Source: Patescibacteria group bacterium | GTDB taxonomy: Bacteria; Patescibacteriota; Microgenomatia; Levybacterales; UBA12049 | NCBI GenBank assembly: GCA_023473545.1 | Contig: JAMCXO010000013.1 | Location: 1 to 44,209, forward strand | Direction of reading: 5' to 3' | DNA length: 44,209 nucleotides | Shown: piece after piece, positions 38,214 to 44,209 of the stretch | How positions within the stretch are numbered: the stretch's first letter is position 1 | How the letters are laid out: each line of letters opens with the position of its first letter | The notes under the pieces: generated by a model | Database searches by the model: none | The model's input: only the letters and a program-made list of their open reading frames with translations | Told to the model about the DNA's origin: nothing | Translations under genes and position numbers: made by a program

Positions 38214-39266
38214 ATGAAACAACTGCCTTTCGGTTTGGACATCGGAGTATCCACTATTAAAGCGGTTTGGCTTTCGCAGTCAGATAACGGATTTATGCTT
38301 AACGCCACCAACATGGTTCCGACTCCTGCCAAAGGCATGCTTTCCCAATCCCCTCTGGATCAGGAAGAGATGGCGCGCGCTATACGAGGCATGGTTTTAG
38401 AGGCCCAAATCAAAACAAAGTACGTAAACATCGCCCTGCCCGAAAATCAGGTTTACACAAGGGTTATAGAGATGCCTTTTCTCTCCGACAAGGAGTTGTC
38501 CTCGGCGATATATTGGGAAGCGGAGCAGTATATTCCTCTTCCTCCCTCAAGCGCGATATTCGACTATAAAATATTGTCCAGATCCGAGAATCCAGAGGAG
38601 CCTTCCAAGATGCGGGTTTTACTGGTCGGCGCGCCTACCAGTTTAGTTTCTTCGTACCAAAAGGTAGTGGCTATGGCGGGATTTAGTGTGGCAGCCGCGG
38701 AAACAGAGGTATTGGCAACGACAAGGTCCCTTATTTATCCTTTAAGTTCGGATCAGAACCAAAATCTTCCCGCAACCATTATTATAGGCATTGGAACCCT
38801 AATTACCTCTCTTATTATTGTTAAAAACGGGGTTTTGGTTTTTACCTACACGATTCCCTTGGGAGGAAACGCTATTAGCCGGGCCATAGCATCCGATTTT
38901 GGGTTTACCATGGAACAAGCAGAGCAGTATAAGAAAGCGTATGGAGTTTCAAAGAAGAATTTGGAAGGAAAAATAGGCAAGGCAAGCGAACCGATCCTGA
39001 CGTCAATTTTATCAGAGGTAAGAAAGGCCATAGCCTTCTATAAGGAAAGGTACAAAGAGGATTCGGTTATACAGCAGGTTATTTTATCCGGCGGCAGCGC
39101 CAGGCTCCCCGGTTTAGATGTCTTTTTCGCGGAAAACCTGGGAATTGAGACTGTTGTCGCCAACCCCTGGAAGGCGCTTGAGAGTCAGCAGGTTCCTAAG
39201 GAAATATTGGATAATTCTTCCGAGTATTCCATAGCGGTAGGTCTTGCGATGAGGGGGTATGACTAA
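38214..39266 (+). CDS. pilM: type IV pilus alignment protein PilM
   Basis: FGLDIG...IK, WEAEQYIP, ILSGGSARLPGL, ANPW, AVGLAMR. Confidence 0.92.
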   Translation: MKQLPFGLDIGVSTIKAVWLSQSDNGFMLNATNMVPTPAKGMLSQSPLDQEEMARAIRGMVLEAQIKTKYVNIALPENQVYTRVIEMPFLSDKELSSAIYWEAEQYIPLPPSSAIFDYKILSRSENPEEPSKMRVLLVGAPTSLVSSYQKVVAMAGFSVAAAETEVLATTRSLIYPLSSDQNQNLPATIIIGIGTLITSLIIVKNGVLVFTYTIPLGGNAISRAIASDFGFTMEQAEQYKKAYGVSKKNLEGKIGKASEPILTSILSEVRKAIAFYKERYKEDSVIQQVILSGGSARLPGLDVFFAENLGIETVVANPWKALESQQVPKEILDNSSEYSIAVGLAMRGYD

Positions 39267-39795
39267 GGAAATTAATCTTCTTCCTTTGGGGAGCAGGCCG
39301 GGTCATAATAAAAAAAGGGGGCTTATCTTATTTAGATGGATCTCCTTTAGTTTTCTTATTTTGGTGGTTGTTTCATCGCTAATAAGTCTTATTCTAAATT
39401 ATTTCTCGCCGATCCCCGCGTTAAAAAACAGGGAGGTTTCTCTTTTGTCCGAATTCGCGCCTCTAAACAATAAAATCGCTAAATATTTATATCTTAAGGA
39501 TAGGATAACAAAGATAAAAACAATCTTCGCAACCAGAGGGTCTTTGTCTAAGGACGTTAATTTACTAGAAACCCAGTTGCCCTCCGGCTTATCTATCAAC
39601 TCTTTGTCTATAGATAAAAAGAAGGTAAATGTTACAGTAAGCGCTTTCTCTCTTGTACCAGTTAGTATTTTTCTGGATAAGATCGTTAAACTAACGGCGA
39701 GCGGAAAAGCTTTTTCCAGCGTGTCCCTTTTAAGCTTAGGTCTAAATCCATTGTCGGGCAATTATTCTTTAACACTTAGTCTTGATTTTTTATGA
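39259..39795 (+). CDS. PilN-like protein
   Basis: N-terminal INLLP, one TM helix, follows pilM. Confidence 0.75.
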   Translation: MTKEINLLPLGSRPGHNKKRGLILFRWISFSFLILVVVSSLISLILNYFSPIPALKNREVSLLSEFAPLNNKIAKYLYLKDRITKIKTIFATRGSLSKDVNLLETQLPSGLSINSLSIDKKKVNVTVSAFSLVPVSIFLDKIVKLTASGKAFSSVSLLSLGLNPLSGNYSLTLSLDFL

Positions 39796-40529
39796 AAAGA
39801 CAATTTACCTTCGACAGAAGCAGTTTTCTTATTTTATATAACCAGTATAGGGAGTATCTTGTTTCCAGCATTTTTTTGGTTCTTGGTCTGCTTTTGCTTT
39901 TATTTTTGACTATTCCTTCCATGCGCAGCTTAATGGCGGAAAAAAGGCAGGAAAAAGAGTATAAAACAAGGATAGAGACTATGCAGAATAACCTGCGGTT
40001 TATGGAGCTTCTTGATCCCCGGCTTCTGGATTCTCAGGTTAAACTTGTTTCTTCTGTTCTTCCCCCGGATAAGGATTTTGTTTTGATATTAAATGCCATT
40101 GCGGAAAGCAAAGGCAACACCGGGGTATCGCTTGGCGATTTTTCTTTTCAGGTTGGTTCCCTGGCAACCCGTTCCGCCAGTGTTCCCGGCCTTCCCGCGA
40201 TTCCGGTTAAACTTACGGGGCAGGGAAATATAAAAAATATTGAGAGTTTACTTGCCAATCTGGAGCAGACGGTACCGATTTCGGAGGTGAATACGATTCA
40301 AATAAGCGGACAGTCGGCAAGTTTTACTGTTAACTTTAATTATCGCCTAAAGAGTCAATTGCCTTTTAACCCCAACCTGCCAATACAGCCTTTATCAAAG
40401 GGAGAGGAAGCGGTTCTTAATAAAATACGTTCATGGCACACCGGGACATCGAATAATTTGCCAAACCCTTCCTATAATAAGCGCCAACAATCTCTTCCGG
40501 CGAGTTCCAGCTCATCGGCGTTTTTCTAA
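39792..40529 (+). CDS. PilO-like protein
   Basis: TM helix, coiled coil, LP..KD motif; follows the pilN-like gene with an ATGA overlap. Confidence 0.7.
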   Translation: MKRQFTFDRSSFLILYNQYREYLVSSIFLVLGLLLLLFLTIPSMRSLMAEKRQEKEYKTRIETMQNNLRFMELLDPRLLDSQVKLVSSVLPPDKDFVLILNAIAESKGNTGVSLGDFSFQVGSLATRSASVPGLPAIPVKLTGQGNIKNIESLLANLEQTVPISEVNTIQISGQSASFTVNFNYRLKSQLPFNPNLPIQPLSKGEEAVLNKIRSWHTGTSNNLPNPSYNKRQQSLPASSSSSAFF

Positions 40530-41183
40530 GCCTGAAAAAGTCAAGCTGTGCTTTTCTCTCCACCGCCGCACTTCTTTATGGTTGCCCGAGAGTAAGATTT
40601 TTGGCACCCTTAGGTTTTTATAAGTCCTTGGTTTTGTGTACTGCGGATGTTCAAGGTAGTCGGGAGAGATAGAGAAAGATTCATTTTCTGTTGCTTCTTT
40701 CTTAAGCACGTTCTTGATAAGACGGACAACGGAATCCGTTATAAGCATAGCCGGTATTTCTCCGCCTGTTGTTATAAAGCTTCCTACCGATATTTTTCCG
40801 TCAATAAATTTGTTTATTCTTTCATCAACCCCTTCATAATGTCCGCAAACTAAAATAAGATGTCTTAATCCGGAGAATTCTTTGGCTCTTTTTTGATTAA
40901 AACCTTTACCGCGGGCATCAAGCAGTATTACCTTTTGGCTCCTTTTGGATAACTTATCCTTTGCCTTTTCTATGGCTTTTTCTAACACGTCAACCCTCAA
41001 AACCATTCCCACGCCCCCTCCATATGGTTTATCATCAACTATTTTATGTTTCCCGATGCCAAAATCACGAATGTTTACCAATTTAATATCCGCAAGTTTG
41101 TTTTTCTCCGCGTGTTTTATTATGGAATGACTGAAAGGACCGGAAAACATTTCCGGAAAAAGAGTGAGGATTGTGATTTTCAT
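40512..41183 (-). CDS. trmD: tRNA (guanine37-N1)-methyltransferase
   Basis: TLFPEMF, VDDKPYGGGVGMVL, CGHYEGVDER, TGGEIPA, LEHPQYTKP, LLSGNH. Confidence 0.97.
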   Translation of the reverse strand: MKITILTLFPEMFSGPFSHSIIKHAEKNKLADIKLVNIRDFGIGKHKIVDDKPYGGGVGMVLRVDVLEKAIEKAKDKLSKRSQKVILLDARGKGFNQKRAKEFSGLRHLILVCGHYEGVDERINKFIDGKISVGSFITTGGEIPAMLITDSVVRLIKNVLKKEATENESFSISPDYLEHPQYTKPRTYKNLRVPKILLSGNHKEVRRWREKHSLTFSGLEKRR

Positions 41184-41186
41184 ATC

Positions 41187-41426
41187 CTAAGAGGAGAATT
41201 CCTGGAGGGTAATGTTGACTCTTTTGTTTTGTTTAACCGCCGGTATTTTCATGACGTTTCTGATGGATCTTATAATCTTTCCCTGCTTGCCGATAAGCCT
41301 GCCCATCTGATCCTGAGGGGCTTTTACGGTAAGGGTTATAAACCCGTTGTTTTCTTCCTCTTCTATTTCTATTTTTGTTGGGTCATCCGCTATTGATGAC
41401 ACTATAAAATTAAGTATATTTTTCAT
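41187..41426 (-). CDS. khpA: KH-domain RNA-binding protein
   Basis: MGRLIGKQGKIIRSIR; lies between rpsP and trmD. Confidence 0.88.
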   Translation of the reverse strand: MKNILNFIVSSIADDPTKIEIEEEENNGFITLTVKAPQDQMGRLIGKQGKIIRSIRNVMKIPAVKQNKRVNITLQEFSS

Positions 41427-41650
41427 GATTCAACAACCCTTCTGGCGGTAGGGGTTAGCTTTGCTCCTTTGGAAATCCAATAGTTTACCCTTTCCAGATT
41501 AATTTTTTTATCTTCCTTATTTAGATATTTATGGTAGTGCCCCAGTTCTTCAACAGGTTTGCCGTCCCGGCGCTGTCTTTTTTCGGCGACAACAATCCTG
41601 TATTTTGCCTCCCCCTTTTTCCCTATTTTTGTTAATCTGATAGCAAGCAT
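41423..41650 (-). CDS. rpsP: 30S ribosomal protein S16
   Basis: MLAIRL..IGKK...YRIVVAE.R..RDGK.VE.LG.Y, WISKGA..T. Confidence 0.95.
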   Translation of the reverse strand: MLAIRLTKIGKKGEAKYRIVVAEKRQRRDGKPVEELGHYHKYLNKEDKKINLERVNYWISKGAKLTPTARRVVES

Positions 41651-41681
41651 AAGCTTATTATAGCATCTCTATTTCCCACTC

Positions 41682-42347
41682 TCAAGCTTTATTTAGTTTA
41701 CGCAGTGCTTTTTCGGCCGCCTCTTCTTCGGCTCTTTGTTTTGATTTACCCTTTCCTTGTTCTATTAACGCGTTTTGAACATAAACCCCGACAGTAAATA
41801 ATCTTTCATGGGCCGGGCCTTCTTCGGCAAGAACCTTGTAGACCGGGGCGTTTTGTTTTTTTGCCTGCACAAATTCCTGGAGAAGACTCTTGGGATCCTT
41901 GAGCGTATTTTCCCGAGCCAAAACAGATGTTTTTTCCAAAAGCACCGACCTGAGAAATGTTTCAACAGTTTCTATTCCCCGATCCAGATAAAGCGCGCCG
42001 ACAAAGGCTTCGAAACTGTCCGCAAGAAGTGATTCGTTTTCCCGCCCGTTGGATTCTTCCTCTCCGCGGGAAAGTTTAAGAAGAGAGCCGAAATTCAGCT
42101 GTCTGGCTACAGAGGCAAGAGATTTTGTGTTAACCAGCAAAGAGCGGAGATTAGTTAGTTTGCCCTCGTTAAAATTGGGGAACAAGGCGAACAGGTGCCT
42201 TGACACGATAAAAGATATAATGCTGTCGCCCAAAAATTCCAGTCTTTCGTTATTCTCTAATTTCTCCCTGGCTTCATTCAAGTATGACCGATGGGTAAAG
42301 GCCTGATCAAACAGTTTTTTATTTTTAAAGTTTGGAAGATTTTTCAT
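41682..42347 (-). CDS. rnc: ribonuclease III
   Basis: AFTHRSY, NERLEFLGD, ADSFEA, dsRBD DPKSLLQE. Confidence 0.96.
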   Translation of the reverse strand: MKNLPNFKNKKLFDQAFTHRSYLNEAREKLENNERLEFLGDSIISFIVSRHLFALFPNFNEGKLTNLRSLLVNTKSLASVARQLNFGSLLKLSRGEEESNGRENESLLADSFEAFVGALYLDRGIETVETFLRSVLLEKTSVLARENTLKDPKSLLQEFVQAKKQNAPVYKVLAEEGPAHERLFTVGVYVQNALIEQGKGKSKQRAEEEAAEKALRKLNKA

Positions 42348-42690
42348 AGGAAATAATAGCGCCTAGGGCTCCGTTTACAAAGGAAGGGCTTGTTTCGCCG
42401 CCAAATTCCTTAGCCAGTTCAACGGCCTCATCTATGATTACCTTTGGCGGTTCCTTTTTTTCTATCATCAGCTCAAACACGGACAATCTGAGTATCGCCA
42501 GGTCAACCTTGTTAATTTTATTAATCGGAAATTGTTTTGCCGCCCTTTTTATATACTTATCTATAATATCTTTTTTTAAAAAAATATTCCTTGTTTTTCT
42601 ATCCGTTCTTTGGTCATAGAAATCAATTTTATAAAGCTCCTGGACTGTTTCCTGTCGTTTTTTATGCCGGGGATCAAGAGATGTTTTCAT
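42325..42690 (-). CDS. nusB: transcription antitermination factor NusB
   Basis: DLAILRL...EL, P.KVIIDEAVELAKEFG....FVNGAL. Confidence 0.93.
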   Translation of the reverse strand: MKTSLDPRHKKRQETVQELYKIDFYDQRTDRKTRNIFLKKDIIDKYIKRAAKQFPINKINKVDLAILRLSVFELMIEKKEPPKVIIDEAVELAKEFGGETSPSFVNGALGAIISYEKSSKL

Positions 42691-42896
42691 TAAGAAGGTT
42701 TTTCTTTTTTTGACTTTTCTTTTACCAAGACTATTTGCCTTCCATCATACCAGCCGCATGCGCCGCACAGCGTATGGGGCAAAACATTAGCATTGCAGTT
42801 TGGGCACTTGGCCGGCTTTTTAATTTTAAGCGCGATATGCGATCGTCTTTTTCCCTGCCTTTGGCGCGAGTGTCTTTTTTTTGGCTCCTGTGGCAT
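42690..42896 (-). CDS. rpmF: 50S ribosomal protein L32
   Basis: PKKRHS..R..KRR, CPNC...LPH..C..CG.Y.GR. Confidence 0.95.
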   Translation of the reverse strand: MPQEPKKRHSRQRQGKRRSHIALKIKKPAKCPNCNANVLPHTLCGACGWYDGRQIVLVKEKSKKEKPS

Positions 42897-42977
42897 AATA
42901 TAGCTATTTTACTCTATTTGCCGTCTTTACGCAACATATGTGTGAAAAGGGTATTGGGCCAGCAACAAAACTGGATT

Positions 42978-44036
42978 TTAGATAAAATATGTTCGTAAAG
43001 CGAATCTATATTGCTCCAAAAATAATCGTTTTACATGGTAAAGACTATTGGTTTCAAAAAAGAGGATTAGCGCTGATTTATATTCATTCTCGTCAATGCT
43101 TCTATACGACAATGGAAAAAGATCGTAGGCAAGAAGGAGCGCGTTGGTAAACATCCGGGCTGTTCGTTTGTTCCCGTCAGCAAACGGCTGAATATAGGCA
43201 AGCATGCTCCCAATGATTAAAGCTTTCTCTAGCGGATAAGTGATTTGATTAACTAATGTAATTGTTTTTTCTAGGGCTTCTTTAATTTGCCATTCATTAT
43301 CGAGCGGCCGGTAGGTTGTTCCTGTAATGCCGACTGGTTGTTTGCGAATACCGCCGGTGATAGATAACTCTTTAATGAGAACATTATGAAGCTGCGTTAT
43401 GCTCTCGAGGGTTACCGTTTTAAAATCATTCTTATGTTCAAGAATGGTTTTAAAGGCATCTTTGTGGTTTAGGATCATAATCGCTTCTTCTTTCGAATGG
43501 CCTCGCGCTTCTCGGCTTTCTTTGATTAATGTTTCCGTCTCAAGGAGTGTGTAGGTGTTTCCTTCAATCCGGGACGACTTCCAGGAGAGCTCGATCATAA
43601 AACGTTCTAATTCTTGTTTGACGATTGTTTGATCAAGTTTCTCTATTGATCCGGTAAATGCGCGGCGGATCGTTTGGAGATCTTCCCGTTCGTTTGGGAA
43701 AATAAGGTTATTAAGATGGAGAAAAACCTCAAAATTAAAAGTATTTTTCACACTCTTTCGCTCATCCGGCTCCAGTCGGAAATATTGGACTAAATCAACT
43801 TTTTTTAACAAAGGATGGGGCGAAGCCGAGCGGTAAGCCGTGCTTGGTCCATTTCCCTTAGCAGCGATTTGTTTTTTAACAAGAAGCAGTTTTAAGTCTC
43901 TGGCGAATGTTGCTTTTGAAGCGGGATAGATAGCAGAAAGCAGCTTGGCAATTTGTTCTCGCGATAGTTCCTCGTTTTCCGCAAGGAGATTGATTATCGC
44001 CCTCTGTCTCGGAGTGAATCTTATCGTCTCATTCAT
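42978..44036 (-). CDS. Fic family protein with N-terminal HTH and non-canonical QPFADGNKR motif
   Basis: SWKSSRIEGNTY, NHK.AF, YIQPFADGNKRTAR. Start at MNETI (44036) or 44054. Confidence 0.85.
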   Translation of the reverse strand: MNETIRFTPRQRAIINLLAENEELSREQIAKLLSAIYPASKATFARDLKLLLVKKQIAAKGNGPSTAYRSASPHPLLKKVDLVQYFRLEPDERKSVKNTFNFEVFLHLNNLIFPNEREDLQTIRRAFTGSIEKLDQTIVKQELERFMIELSWKSSRIEGNTYTLLETETLIKESREARGHSKEEAIMILNHKDAFKTILEHKNDFKTVTLESITQLHNVLIKELSITGGIRKQPVGITGTTYRPLDNEWQIKEALEKTITLVNQITYPLEKALIIGSMLAYIQPFADGNKRTARMFTNALLLAYDLFPLSYRSIDENEYKSALILFFETNSLYHVKRLFLEQYRFALRTYFI

Positions 44037-44068
44037 ATACCTATACCGTATCATAATAAGACGATAAG
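44020..44068. promoter_or_regulatory. candidate operator repeats over the fic start
   Basis: Perfect 10-bp inverted repeat CTTATCGTCT(44020-44029)/AGACGATAAG(44059-44068), plus a variant TACCGTATCAT(44044-44054). Confidence 0.5.
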
Positions 44069-44209
44069 CGCAACAGCCAGTCTTACCTAATACAAAATGA
44101 TACTGTAGAGAAACGATTACCTAACCGAAAGATGAGACAAATCATCTGGTAAAAAAGAACGCGAATTGCCATACTAACTGGTGTCATGCAAATTACTATG
44201 GACGATTCG

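Noticed and set aside
40512..42896. Absence of rimM/rplS and of fatty-acid genes around rpmF-rnc as a novelty
   Set aside because: Consistent with known genome reduction in CPR; the genes could also lie elsewhere.

Overview
Bacterial chromosomal segment using genetic code 11. Gene content and style point to Patescibacteria/CPR, probably Microgenomates (inference): a monoderm-type type IV pilus cluster without pilP/pilQ, rpmF-nusB-rnc and rpsP-khpA-trmD without rimM, GGGGGTGA-type RBS, and many apparently leaderless genes. Left to right: end of a membrane-protein gene whose first 127 bp are inverted; a 0.9 kb non-coding region (DnaA box, REP-like hairpin, dif-like site); Fic-HTH; Xer recombinase; AbiEii-like TA pair; pyrC; rarA; ECF sigma/anti-sigma/exported target; an AT-rich two-gene island (AblB/YodP-like GNAT plus HDAC-family amidohydrolase); adenosine deaminase family; carB-carA-pyrB; a decayed accessory patch (IS200 remnant, GrpB-like pseudogene); folD-gyrA-ppa-gyrB; holB-like; a 14 kb type IV pilus locus interrupted by DedA/ATPase/TA genes; translation genes; and a non-canonical Fic. 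The best candidate for an undescribed system is an unannotated Lys-rich leader peptide (KKAKK) with a complete terminator/antiterminator switch upstream of the acetyltransferase-deacetylase pair. Also notable are a pyrC/pyrD-style CTP-sensing start-site switch at pyrB and a symmetric bidirectional ECF promoter. All family assignments come from motif recognition by eye; no searches were run.
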